From Pyrodictium abyssi (GTDB lineage: Archaea; Thermoproteota; Thermoprotei_A; Sulfolobales; Pyrodictiaceae), in NCBI RefSeq assembly GCF_036323395.1, contig NZ_AP028907.1:1620001-1652000 (forward strand): a DNA stretch of 32,000 nucleotides. Direction: 5' to 3'. The notes below the pieces were generated by a model. The model had not been told where the DNA came from and did no database searches. It worked only from the letters and a program-made list of their open reading frames with translations. Every line of letters starts with the position of its first letter. Within the stretch, counting starts at the first letter, position 1. The position numbers were made by a program, and so were the translations under genes. Positions 8,399 through 17,277 of the stretch are shown here, piece by piece.

Positions 8399-9337
8399 TT
8401 ATACGCGGGGCTCCTCCCGGTGGCACATCACTGTGGCGCGGTACAGCTTCTCGGCCGCCTCGCGGGCCCAGTCGCGGGCTTCTAGCCTGCCTAGCACTGC
8501 CTGGTCTACCCCTTGGAGGCCGCTGTAGGCTGCTGCCAGGGCAGCGGCCATGGCTGCTGCTGTGTCGGCCGAGCCCCGGGCCATGGCTGCTGCTGCCCGG
8601 GCGGCCCTCAGGGGGTCCCGGTGGCTCCTCATGTAGGCGTAGAGCGCAGCTGCGAGAGGGTGGGGCTCGCCCCCAGGCAGCGGGGCTAGGAGCCGGGCGG
8701 CGCGGCCAGGCGGCTCCTCGGCTAGGTCCTGTAGCCTGGCGGCGATCTCGCGGAGCAGGGGGTCCTGGGCCTCGTCCTCGAGGACTAAGGGGAGCTGGCC
8801 GGGGTCTAGCCGGTAGAGGGTCTGGTGCAGGGCTATCACGTAGAGCCTGGCCGCCTCCACGTCGTGGCTACTACTGTGCGTCACTAGGGCCTGGGCCTCG
8901 GCCATGGAGGCTGCTACGCGCTGCGAGCGGTAGAAGAGCGCCACGGGGGCGGCCCGGGCAGCAGCGTCGAGCCGCGGCCCGTCCTGGAGTGGCTGCATAC
9001 GGGCCTTCCACCAGGGCTCGCCGCGGCGTATACCCGTTATCGCGGCCGCTGTAGCTGGGTGGTAGAGGCGGAGCGGGTTCTCCACGTCGGCTAGCTTGGC
9101 GAGGGCCTCAGCGTAGCCTTTTGGGTTGAAGCCGCAGTTCTCGGCGATGCTCTCGGCTAGGAGGAGCGTCATCTCGGTGACGCTGCCGTAGGCGTAGAGC
9201 CCGTCAACCAGTATACCCGGGGCGTCGGCAGCCCCCGTCATGGCCACTGGGAGGCCTACAGCCTCGCCCAGAGCTGTGGCTAGGAGCACGTCGTGGAAGA
9301 CCCTGGCCAGGCTGCCAACAGGCTCTAGAAGCGGCAT
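8399..9337 (-). CDS. ADP-ribosylglycohydrolase-fold protein with atypical metal-binding motifs
   Basis: Family-like layout: LLATALGEAVGLPVAMTG (canonical region GDALG), YGSVTEMTLLLAESI (canonical TDDT), YHPATAAAITGIRRGEPW, and C-terminal GSADTAAAMAAALAAAYSG (canonical GGDTDT...GA..G). Confidence 0.7.
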   Translation of the reverse strand: MPLLEPVGSLARVFHDVLLATALGEAVGLPVAMTGAADAPGILVDGLYAYGSVTEMTLLLAESIAENCGFNPKGYAEALAKLADVENPLRLYHPATAAAITGIRRGEPWWKARMQPLQDGPRLDAAARAAPVALFYRSQRVAASMAEAQALVTHSSSHDVEAARLYVIALHQTLYRLDPGQLPLVLEDEAQDPLLREIAARLQDLAEEPPGRAARLLAPLPGGEPHPLAAALYAYMRSHRDPLRAARAAAAMARGSADTAAAMAAALAAAYSGLQGVDQAVLGRLEARDWAREAAEKLYRATVMCHREEPRV

Positions 9338-9382
9338 ACCGTAAGCCCTCTAGACTATATACATCGGGTTCCGGGGGCTTAT

Positions 9383-9757
9383 CTACCCAGCCCCGGCGCG
9401 GCTTAGCAGCTCCCTGAGCTCAACACTACAGAGGCTCTCCGGCAGCTCCTCCGAGCCCAGCTCCTCTAGGCGCTGGCGCAGCCTCTGAAGCCTCCGGAGC
9501 AGCAGGGTCTTCGAGACAATAGTGGCGCCCGAGCCAGCAGCGCCGAGCGCGAAGAGCAGGGTGAGCAGCCGGGCGCCGAGCGGGCTCAGACTAGCATAGG
9601 GCATCAAGAGCGCGGGCACAGCGATGAAGAGTACGGCGAAGAGCCCGGCACTAGCCCGCTCGGCCCGTAGACTCCTCTCCAGCCTCTCGATGAGGTCTAG
9701 CGCTGCTCTCCTTCGGCAGGGGAGCGTATATCCCAGTAAGACGCCGCTACCGGTCAA
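9383..9757 (-). CDS. small two-TM membrane protein; start uncertain
   Basis: C-terminal part of ORF 9383-10153: LIERLERSLRAERASAGLFAVLFIAVPALLMPYASLSPLGARLLTLLFALGAAGSGATIVSKTLLLRRLQRLRQRLEEL. The full ORF would overlap the 9904-11280 CDS, so an internal start (e.g. TTG near 9757) is more likely. Confidence 0.45.
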   Translation of the reverse strand: MTGSGVLLGYTLPCRRRAALDLIERLERSLRAERASAGLFAVLFIAVPALLMPYASLSPLGARLLTLLFALGAAGSGATIVSKTLLLRRLQRLRQRLEELGSEELPESLCSVELRELLSRAGAG

Positions 9758-9903
9758 CCTCGTCGCATCCCGGCTAGGGGGTGTAGGCTCCTCCGGGGGT
9801 AAACACGCCTTCCCTGGGCATCCAGCAGGCAGGTAAGCCCTCCCAGCGAGAAACGTGCCAGGAGCCCCTGGGGCTAATGCCCCCGACGCGTCTAGGGGCG
9901 CTG

Positions 9904-11280
9904 CTACACTGTCTGAGCGACTAGCCAGGCGAGGACCCGGTGCAGCCAGTCGACGCCCAGGAGCAGCGCGGTAGCCGGCACGAGGAGTAAGAGGCCTAGC
10001 AGCACTAGGCCCAGCACGCGGCGGGCTAGGTTGCCGCGGGTCGGCAGTAACCCTGGCTCGGCGAGCAGCCAGTAGGCGGCAACAGCCATGAGCAGCTCCA
10101 CAGCACTCTTCAGAGGCATAGTGAGGGCCAGCAAGAGGCCCTCTCGTAGACATGGCTCGAGCCCCTGCCAGGAGGCCCCGGCCAGACCGGCAGCCAGCAG
10201 GCTGGAGAACAGCATGGCTAGTACGAGGAGAAGCGGCATAGCCAGGCGGTCTCCCAGCCGCGGCGGCGCCGCAGCAGTGAGTACTTTGAGGGGCTCAGCA
10301 GCGGCCCTGGCTAGCGCTAGCCCGGCTGCAAGGGCCAGGTAGTGGACGCCGAGAATCCAGGTGAAGCTAGGCGCCTCCCGGGCAGCCTCGACGCCCGGTC
10401 TGTCCAGCAGGAACACGGCAGCGAGCGGCGCGAACAGCGCCAGCGCGGCGGCGAGGACGGCCCCTACACCCTCCACGATGCGGGGCGGCTCCCTCCGCGC
10501 GATAGCTACTATGAAGGGGATGGCCATGAGCAGTGCTGGCAAGGCTATCGAGCCAGCGAGCGAAGCCAGCCGGGTGACACGGTAGCTATAGTAGTCGGTG
10601 ATACGTGCCCAGCGGGCCACCACGCTTACCGTATAGTTCCCCTCGCCGCCCGCCTCCTCCACTGAGAGGCTGCTGCCCGCTAGGAGCCCGGGCCACGAGA
10701 CATTCAACCCCCCAGCCTTCACCGTTACTACGAGCGTGCCTCGTGTAGCGTTCTTAGCCGGGGGCTCAGCGGCTACCCTAGCCTCTAGCAGTTGCAGCTC
10801 CTCCTCCACGTAGGGGTAGACTAGGCGCTGCACAGCCTCCGTGGCGTTCTCGGTGCTCATTTCTACCGGTATGCTGGCGTTAGCATGCGTGGTGTTCAGC
10901 AAGTCCAGGGTAGTATTGCCTATACGCAGCACGAGGGTCACGTTGCTCGCTCCCAGGCACTCTAGGCAGCTGGTGTTAGCGCCGCTGCACGCTACAGACA
11001 CAACGAATGATGCCGAACCGTTCACCAGGTCTACAGTCACGTTCCCGACGGCTACCTCCACGGAGACGTTGCACGCGCACGGCGTGGCCAGCGTAACCGT
11101 GGCGCTGGAGCGGGCCCCCTTGGGCGCGGTGTCAATGAGGTAGCCGAGCAGCGAGTCCACGCTATAGCGTCCTGCGTCGAGGTACACGCTAGAGATGAAC
11201 GCTAGGACTACAGCAGCGACCACGGCTAGTGGCGCATAGCTCCTCACTGTGTAGACGCGGAGCATCACACGCCATCCCAT
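9904..11280 (-). CDS. polytopic membrane protein with a large, sequon-rich extracytoplasmic domain
   Basis: N-terminal TM (YAPLAVVAAVVLAFISSVYL), about 200 aa ectodomain with many N-x-S/T sites, then several TM helices to the C-terminus. Confidence 0.75.
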   Translation of the reverse strand: MGWRVMLRVYTVRSYAPLAVVAAVVLAFISSVYLDAGRYSVDSLLGYLIDTAPKGARSSATVTLATPCACNVSVEVAVGNVTVDLVNGSASFVVSVACSGANTSCLECLGASNVTLVLRIGNTTLDLLNTTHANASIPVEMSTENATEAVQRLVYPYVEEELQLLEARVAAEPPAKNATRGTLVVTVKAGGLNVSWPGLLAGSSLSVEEAGGEGNYTVSVVARWARITDYYSYRVTRLASLAGSIALPALLMAIPFIVAIARREPPRIVEGVGAVLAAALALFAPLAAVFLLDRPGVEAAREAPSFTWILGVHYLALAAGLALARAAAEPLKVLTAAAPPRLGDRLAMPLLLVLAMLFSSLLAAGLAGASWQGLEPCLREGLLLALTMPLKSAVELLMAVAAYWLLAEPGLLPTRGNLARRVLGLVLLGLLLLVPATALLLGVDWLHRVLAWLVAQTV

Positions 11281-11446
11281 TGTACACGGTGGCTCGGCGG
11301 CATCTAGGCGGGCCCTCGGGCCCTAGGGGCTAGGCTCTCCTCCATGCATGCGTCCATGCGGCTAGGCACTCTCCTAGTCAGCGGTAAAAGGCTGCTCCGC
11401 CCCGGCCTGTCTTAGATGCCGCCTTGACGCGGCTAGGCCCTGAGGG

Positions 11447-12199
11447 CTATGCGCGGCCTCTACACGTGACCTCTATGTTGCCTACGCTCGCTGACGCGTA
11501 GATGTGGGGGCCTCTAGCGGGCGGGCACGCAGCATGTGTGACGCTTACCCCGGTTCCTCCCCCCGCGTTTTCTATCCAGGCGCCAGGCGTGGCCAGGTGT
11601 AGCTCCACCGAGCCAACGTTGGCGTTGAGCCGAGCTACAGCGTCCTCCGGCATGTACACGCCTCTCAACGCTACCCGGCCGACGTTCGTACTCGCCTCTA
11701 GCAGCTCCCAGATCGTTATGTTGTAGGCAATGACCTCGCCTACGTTGGTAGAGACCGTCATAATCCTTGCCGCTATGTCTCTCAGCTCGGTCTTACCCAC
11801 ATCGAGTACTAGGCTGAGCATGTCCAGGCTCGGCTCCGGGAGAACTACCGTAAGCGCGGCCTCGCCGCAGCTGTCCATGTGTAGGCGGCAGGTATCCCTT
11901 ACCTCTATCCTTAGCTCGCCGTCCTCGAGCCATGCGTCCCCGTGGACACAGTCACCAGAATACCTCAGTAAGACAATAGCGTTGGTGACCTCGGGGCTGT
12001 AGTAGACTCGGACATAGGCAACATCCACGTCTAGTGAGAGGCTGTCCGGCATGGGCCCGGAGTAGAGCGTCTCCTCGCTCCAGCCACTGCAGCTATAGCC
12101 CGGTACTGGCAGCCTAACACCGTGAAGCACTACGACGCCAACACCCATAGCGGCCAGCACTATGGCCGCTGCTAGGAGGAGCTTCGCCTGGAAATCCAA
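11447..12199 (-). CDS. membrane-anchored DUF4097/toastrack-like beta-rich protein
   Basis: N-terminal TM (LLLAAAIVLAAMGVGVVVL), then repeated beta units: ISTNVGEV / ASTNVGRVALRGV / LNANVGSVELHL / ASASVGNIEVTC. Confidence 0.65.
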   Translation of the reverse strand: MDFQAKLLLAAAIVLAAMGVGVVVLHGVRLPVPGYSCSGWSEETLYSGPMPDSLSLDVDVAYVRVYYSPEVTNAIVLLRYSGDCVHGDAWLEDGELRIEVRDTCRLHMDSCGEAALTVVLPEPSLDMLSLVLDVGKTELRDIAARIMTVSTNVGEVIAYNITIWELLEASTNVGRVALRGVYMPEDAVARLNANVGSVELHLATPGAWIENAGGGTGVSVTHAACPPARGPHIYASASVGNIEVTCRGRA

Positions 12200-12237
12200 T
12201 GGGGCCTGCCACCCCTGCGCCGGGCTTCCCCGGGGCG

Positions 12238-12573
12238 CTACGACTCTAGGCTTTCGCGTAGCTTCTCTATCGCTTCGCGTAGCCTCCGTATCTCGTCGCT
12301 AGCGTCTGTACGGCTTGCATCCAGAAGCCTATTGAGGAGCTGACGCCGCTCATCCATCCAGTCCTTGAGGAGCTTACCCCATATCAGAAGCGCGAGCATG
12401 TAGACTATGAATGCTACCCCACCGCCGGCGACGCTCGCGTCGGCTATGAGCAGAGCCGAGTATACTGTAAGGGAGGCCCAGACTATGGCGGAGACCAGTA
12501 TTAGTGTCCGGTCAGTCTTCCATATCATCTCCCTTACCGTCTCCCTCAGCTCCGTCAACACCGCCACCCCCAC
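12238..12573 (-). CDS. small two-TM protein with C-terminal coiled coil
   Basis: TRDRTLILVSAIVWASLTVYSALLIA-type TM region, GGVAFIVYMLALLIWGKLL, then RRQLLNRLLDASRTDASDEIRRLREAIEKLRESLES. The start overlaps the regulator ORF. Confidence 0.65.
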   Translation of the reverse strand: MGVAVLTELRETVREMIWKTDRTLILVSAIVWASLTVYSALLIADASVAGGGVAFIVYMLALLIWGKLLKDWMDERRQLLNRLLDASRTDASDEIRRLREAIEKLRESLES

Positions 12574-12916
12574 ATGACTTGAGCATGCGGGCTACCTGCT
12601 CCGGAGAGACACATATCTCCCCACGCCATTTGAGCCTATAGAACCGCCGCGCTACCGCCCTGTGCTCCTCCACTGCCACCCTCGACTCTACGAGCCCAGC
12701 AGACTCCAGCTTCTTGAGGTGTATCTTCGCCAGGGCCCTCGACACGCCGAGCGCCGACGCTATCTCCGCGAGGTAGAGCTCCCCACGGCTCCAGAGCAGC
12801 GCCACGATACGCAGCCGCAGCGGGTGCGACAAAGCGTCGAGGACGCGTGCTAGCTCCTCTAGCTCCCTGCACAGTCGTCTCCACCGAGCATAGTGATAAC
12901 TACTGAAAGGTAGCAA
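12512..12916 (-). CDS. ArsR-like winged-helix transcriptional regulator
   Basis: LDALSHPLRLRIVALLWSRGELYLAEIASALGVSRALAKIHLKKLESAGLVESR is a typical wHTH; it is the first gene of the cluster, with AT-rich DNA upstream (12900-12955). Confidence 0.85.
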   Translation of the reverse strand: MLPFSSYHYARWRRLCRELEELARVLDALSHPLRLRIVALLWSRGELYLAEIASALGVSRALAKIHLKKLESAGLVESRVAVEEHRAVARRFYRLKWRGEICVSPEQVARMLKSCGGGGVDGAEGDGKGDDMED

Positions 12917-13154
12917 AAATATTACGAGCCACCGAGTAATTACATATCCACACTATGTGGCGGCGTGTATCTAGATTAGCCAGGCGGTGGAGTCGCAAGG
13001 CTTGTAGCAGCACACGCCCCTATTGGCAGCAATGTAGTTGCTACGCGAGGCTCTCCCGAGCAGGCGAAGTAGGTTGACAGTATTGAGTAAGGAGAGGCTA
13101 ATGCTGCTAGCAGATCAGCCGACCTGCCACGAGGCCGCCAGGATGGCAACGCGG

Positions 13155-13616
13155 CTACGAATGCGCCTCTCCTAGGCGCGTCCTAGGGCCGGGGCACCGG
13201 GGCCACGCTGGCCCGCTGCCGCTGCAGTAGCGGCTAATGAGACTGTTCACGGTGTCCTCCATGCCGGGAGGCAGGTAGGGATCGTCTAGGTAGCTTGCTA
13301 GGTCCCTGCACCTCCTCGCGACCCAGTCTAGCCTGCCCAGCCTCTCAGCCTCGGCGAGCTCTATATCCAGGGCTGCTAGGTGGGCCCGGTAGGTGTCGGG
13401 GTACACCTCCATGACGGTGCTCCTGGTTATCCGGTAGCCCATGCTCTTCAGGATGCATATCTCCGCGGCCTCGTGCAGCAGGAGAAGCTCCTCGCCCAGT
13501 ATCTCCTCCAATGTGACCCTATCATCCTCGTAGCTCGGGCCCTGGATGTACGCTAGCAGCTCCTCGGGGGCTGCAGCGGAGCCCGTGCTCCCGGAGCCTC
13601 TCAAGGACGTCTCCAA
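13155..13616 (-). CDS. conserved-type hypothetical helical protein
   Basis: EELLLLHEAAEICILKSMGYRITRSTVMEVYPDTYRAHLAALDIELAEAERLGRLDWVARRCRDLASYLDDPYLPPGMEDTVNSLISRY; intact ORF. Confidence 0.6.
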   Translation of the reverse strand: METSLRGSGSTGSAAAPEELLAYIQGPSYEDDRVTLEEILGEELLLLHEAAEICILKSMGYRITRSTVMEVYPDTYRAHLAALDIELAEAERLGRLDWVARRCRDLASYLDDPYLPPGMEDTVNSLISRYCSGSGPAWPRCPGPRTRLGEAHS

Positions 13617-13846
13617 GCTCCATGGGCAACGCCGGGCACCACCGGCTCTAGAGGGTTCAGGGGCGATGCGGTGCCCGCTGCCCGCGCGGCGCCAGGCGCG
13701 TCTACAATGACGTATCGTCTACGTTTACGCTTGCTGGTTATGCCCTGGCCGGCCTCCGGGGCCTGGTGTAGCCGGGGCTAGCGGCCTCCAGTAACGGTTA
13801 ACGCTAGAAACAGAACTGTGGCCGGCTGATAGAGGGCCTGGGGCCG

Positions 13847-14860
13847 GTGGCTGTGGACTGTGGCTTCAGGGTAGCGCTGCCGCCTCTCGGCAGCGTCTGC
13901 TTCGTCGACCGTGGCCTAGAGTTTGAGAGGCTCTGGGGCCTACTTGGCCGCGGTGCTGGGGTCCCGCTCCTAGTGTACGGCCCCGAAGGCTGTGGCAAGT
14001 CCACGCTGCTACGCTACCTCGCCTGGCGGGCCTCCCGTGACGGCGCTGTAGCGGTCTATATAGATGCGCTCAGCGGCGGCGATCCCGAGGAGGCAGTCTA
14101 CCCCCTAACGGCTGCACTACGCGAGATAGTCGACGAGGTAGCTGGCGCTGCTGGGGGAGCTGCTGGCCGGGTTCTCGCTGGGCGTATAGGCGCCCTGGTT
14201 GCGAGGATTGTCGAGCGCCTCGAGGCTAGTGGTAGGCGCGTACTCCTGGTGGTCGACGATGTCTACCAGGCTATAGGCGTCGAGGAGGCCAGCGCGTACA
14301 CGAAGAGGCTCTACGAGCTAATCCACCGCCTCTACGAGGCTGGGGCGGGCTCCGTGCTCGTAGTCGCCGCGACGTCCGAGGGCGTGTCGAGGAGAATTCT
14401 AGCCCGGCATAGCTATGTGCTTCCGCAGATGCTCTGGAACCTGGGCCGTAGCGGGCTCCAGGAGCTGGTAAGCCAGGTCGACGCGCCCCTCCCGCCGGAG
14501 ACCCTTTGGCGGCTCACCGGCGGTAATCCCCGCGCCCTATCCCAGCTGGCGACGCTCGGCTGGGACGTCGACTCGTGGCTCGGCCTACTGGCTGTGGAGA
14601 GGATAAGGCCTCTGTTGGACAGTATAGGCAGGGAGAGGCTAAAACGCCTAGTCGAGGACCCTGACTCCGACCCCGAGGCGGCAAGCATACTCGAGGAGCA
14701 TAACCTGATGATCCGCCTGTCGCGGGAGGCGAGCCTCGGCGAGGCGCCGGAGCCGGACACGGAGCTAGGGATAGGCAGGGACTGGGCCTGGCAGCTACCA
14801 GCCCTCCGCCTAGCAGCCGAGAAGCTGCTCACACGTACAAAGGGCCGGGAAGGCTTGTGA
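13847..14860 (+). CDS. archaeal AAA/STAND-like ATPase (PF01637-like)
   Basis: FVDRGLEFERLWGLLGRG, Walker A YGPEGCGKSTLLRYLAWR, Walker B VLLVVDDVYQAI, sensor VLVVAATSEG. Confidence 0.85.
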   Translation: MAVDCGFRVALPPLGSVCFVDRGLEFERLWGLLGRGAGVPLLVYGPEGCGKSTLLRYLAWRASRDGAVAVYIDALSGGDPEEAVYPLTAALREIVDEVAGAAGGAAGRVLAGRIGALVARIVERLEASGRRVLLVVDDVYQAIGVEEASAYTKRLYELIHRLYEAGAGSVLVVAATSEGVSRRILARHSYVLPQMLWNLGRSGLQELVSQVDAPLPPETLWRLTGGNPRALSQLATLGWDVDSWLGLLAVERIRPLLDSIGRERLKRLVEDPDSDPEAASILEEHNLMIRLSREASLGEAPEPDTELGIGRDWAWQLPALRLAAEKLLTRTKGREGL

Positions 14861-14951
14861 GGCGGTGACCCCGGGCCACGAGGGACAGATACGGCTCCGG
14901 ATGCGGGCTGCTAGGCCCCAGCCAGGGCCCTTGAGAGGCGGCTTCTCCGGG

Positions 14952-16040
14952 CTATGGCTGTGCCCGTGTCTTAGCTAGTGTGTTCTCGAGCTCGCGTAGC
15001 GCGTTAATGTAGACGCGTACCGCTAGGTCTAGCTCGGCGGTGGTTACCTCCTCGTAGCGGGTGTGGCTTAGCTCGCTCCTCCCGGGGCCGTAGGCCGCTA
15101 TGCTGCCCGCTACCTGGTAGAGTATGTTCATGTCGCTTGTCCCGGCCTTCACGACGGGCTGGGCCCGGTAGCCCTCGGCTAGTAGGCCGCGTATCAGCGC
15201 GCGCGCTGCGGGGCTGCTGGGCCTCACCGAGACCGGCGGTAGCCAGCTCCTGGGCCTCTCCACAGTGCAGCCCCCGGGTAGCCGGGCCTCTAGCCGCTCG
15301 AGGGCCTCTTCGAGGCCGCCGCCCGGGGGTATGCGTAGGTCAACCTCTAGCTGGGCCTCGTCGGCGACTATGTTGCCGCCGCTGCCGCAGCTCATCCGGG
15401 TAACCGTGTAGGTGTAGCCCTTGGCTGTGGGCTCGCTCAGCTCCTCTATGGCCTGGTACGCCTCTACCGCGAGGCTGCAGGCGCTACGGTACAGCCAGCT
15501 ACTGCTAGCGTGCCCGGGCTCCCCCTGGCAGTGCACCCTAAACCGGGCGCCGCCACGGTAGCCTATAGCAACCTTCGTCGTGTTGGTGGGCTCGCCTATG
15601 ATTACCGCGTCTGCGCGCCACCCGGTCTCCACTAGGTGCCAGGCGCCGTGGCTTGGGCCCTCCTCGCCGACAGCGGCGACGACCTCTACGAGTATTCTCC
15701 TGGGCCTGTAGAGCGAGGCAGCAGCCACCATCGCCGCTAGCGGGGCCTTAGCGTCCACTGCGCCCCGGCCGCGGACCACGCCGGGGGGAGACGAGGGCTC
15801 GACCCAGCCCGGGACCGTGTCTATGTGGCTGACTAGGGCTACGCGCGGCGGGTCCTCGACGGGCTCGCTGGGCTCCACTAGTAGCCGGGCGTTACCAGCT
15901 GCGTCGCGCCACGCGGATGTGAAGCCCAGGCTCCAGGCCTCGTCGACGAGCAGCTTAGCAGCGTCGTCCTCCATGAAGGTGGGGCTGTAGACGCTAACCA
16001 GCTCTCTGAGCAGCCTGGCTGCCCTGGAGCCGTAGTACAC
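14952..16040 (-). CDS. lysK: [LysW]-lysine/[LysW]-ornithine hydrolase
   Basis: M20 peptidase motifs VALVSHIDTVPG, GRGAVDAKAPLAAMVAA, GEEGPSHG; neighbour of lysJ/X/W. Confidence 0.9.
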   Translation of the reverse strand: MYYGSRAARLLRELVSVYSPTFMEDDAAKLLVDEAWSLGFTSAWRDAAGNARLLVEPSEPVEDPPRVALVSHIDTVPGWVEPSSPPGVVRGRGAVDAKAPLAAMVAAASLYRPRRILVEVVAAVGEEGPSHGAWHLVETGWRADAVIIGEPTNTTKVAIGYRGGARFRVHCQGEPGHASSSWLYRSACSLAVEAYQAIEELSEPTAKGYTYTVTRMSCGSGGNIVADEAQLEVDLRIPPGGGLEEALERLEARLPGGCTVERPRSWLPPVSVRPSSPAARALIRGLLAEGYRAQPVVKAGTSDMNILYQVAGSIAAYGPGRSELSHTRYEEVTTAELDLAVRVYINALRELENTLAKTRAQP

Positions 16041-17181
16041 AGTCCCGCACCCCGCTCGCCAGCTCCTCTATGTCCTCGCGGGTCAGCAGGTAGGGCGGCA
16101 GGAGCCTGACGACAGTAGAGCCCGCCTTGAGGGCTAGGATCCTCTTCTCCTCCTGGAGGCAGCGGAGGACCGGGTCTGGGCGTAGCCGGAGCTCCACCCC
16201 GAGCATAAGCCCCATGCCCTTGACCCGGCGCACCACCCTTACGCCCACCAGCATTTCCTCTAGCAGCTTCTTCAGCAGCGAGCCCTTCTCGGCCGCCTGG
16301 TCGGGCACCTTCTCCTCCACGAGGACCCGGCTGGCAGCCGTGACCGCCTTCACGGCCATGGGGTTGCCGCCGTAGGTGCTGCCATGGAAGCCCGGTGGCA
16401 GCTTCTCGGCCACCCAGCCCGGCACAACCACCATGCTGACGGGGAACCCGCCGCCGATAGCCTTGCCAGCCGTAACTATGTCCGCGCGGATCCCGTAGTG
16501 CTCGTGTGCCCACACGCAGCCGGTACGGCCGAACCCGGTCTGAACCTCGTCCACCACCAGTAGGCAGCCGACCTCGTCGCAGCGGCGGCGCAGCGCCTGC
16601 ATGAACTCGAGAGACGCGGGGTTGACGCCGCCCTCGCCCTGTATCGGCTCGACTATGACGGCCGCCGTCTCCTCGGTCACCGTCTTCTCCACGTCCTCTA
16701 CGTTGTTGAACCGGGCGCGCCGGGTACCAGGGACTAGCGGCTCGTAGCCTTGCCGGTAGAGCGGGCTACTAGAGGTCACCGAGAGCGCGCCCATAGTCCT
16801 GCCGTGGAAGCTGCCAGTGAAGTACACTATCTCGCTGCGCCCCGTCACGCGGCGGGCGATCTTCAGCGCCAGCTCCACGGCCTCCGCGCCGCTGTTGAGG
16901 AGCGTGACATACTCCATACCGTGGGGGAGTATGGGGCTGATTGCCTCGAGCATCTCCTCTAGCCAGGGCCCAGCCATGCCGGGCGGCGCGACCATGACGG
17001 TGTCTAGGGCCTCTCGTATAGCCTCGACGACGCGGGGGTGGCGGTGGCCGAGGAAGGCGACACCGTGGCCCGTGTGCGCGTCCAGGTAGCGGCGGCCCTC
17101 CGTGTCCCAGACGTACTGGCCCTCAGCCCGTGCCACGCGTATCCCGCGGGGCGCGTAGAAGTGGAGGTAGCGGACAACCAT
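15994..17181 (-). CDS. lysJ: [LysW]-aminoadipate semialdehyde/glutamate semialdehyde aminotransferase
   Basis: Class III PLP aminotransferase: SGAEAVELALKIAR, FHGRTMGALSVT, VVEPIQGEGGVNP, LVVDEVQTGFGRTG, VTAGKAIGGGFP. Confidence 0.93.
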   Translation of the reverse strand: MVVRYLHFYAPRGIRVARAEGQYVWDTEGRRYLDAHTGHGVAFLGHRHPRVVEAIREALDTVMVAPPGMAGPWLEEMLEAISPILPHGMEYVTLLNSGAEAVELALKIARRVTGRSEIVYFTGSFHGRTMGALSVTSSSPLYRQGYEPLVPGTRRARFNNVEDVEKTVTEETAAVIVEPIQGEGGVNPASLEFMQALRRRCDEVGCLLVVDEVQTGFGRTGCVWAHEHYGIRADIVTAGKAIGGGFPVSMVVVPGWVAEKLPPGFHGSTYGGNPMAVKAVTAASRVLVEEKVPDQAAEKGSLLKKLLEEMLVGVRVVRRVKGMGLMLGVELRLRPDPVLRCLQEEKRILALKAGSTVVRLLPPYLLTREDIEELASGVRDCVLRLQGSQAAQRAG

Positions 17182-17277
17182 ACCCGCATCGCCACCTAGC
17201 GGCTCCGTAGGAGCAGGGGCTAGCCCTCCTGGGGTAAGAATGTGCTCCGGAGCCCCTGGGCGCTACACCCTCCGGGG

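Noticed and set aside
8254-9054. 266-aa plus-strand ORF
   Set aside because: Antisense to the ADP-ribosylglycohydrolase-like gene; Arg/Gly/Pro-rich composition.
9758-10153. N-terminal extension of ORF 9383-10153
   Set aside because: Overlaps the end of the 9904-11280 CDS and is low-complexity; an internal start is more likely.
15878-16513. 211-aa minus ORF between lysK and lysJ frames
   Set aside because: Alternate frame over lysK/lysJ, Gly/Arg/Pro-rich, no motif.
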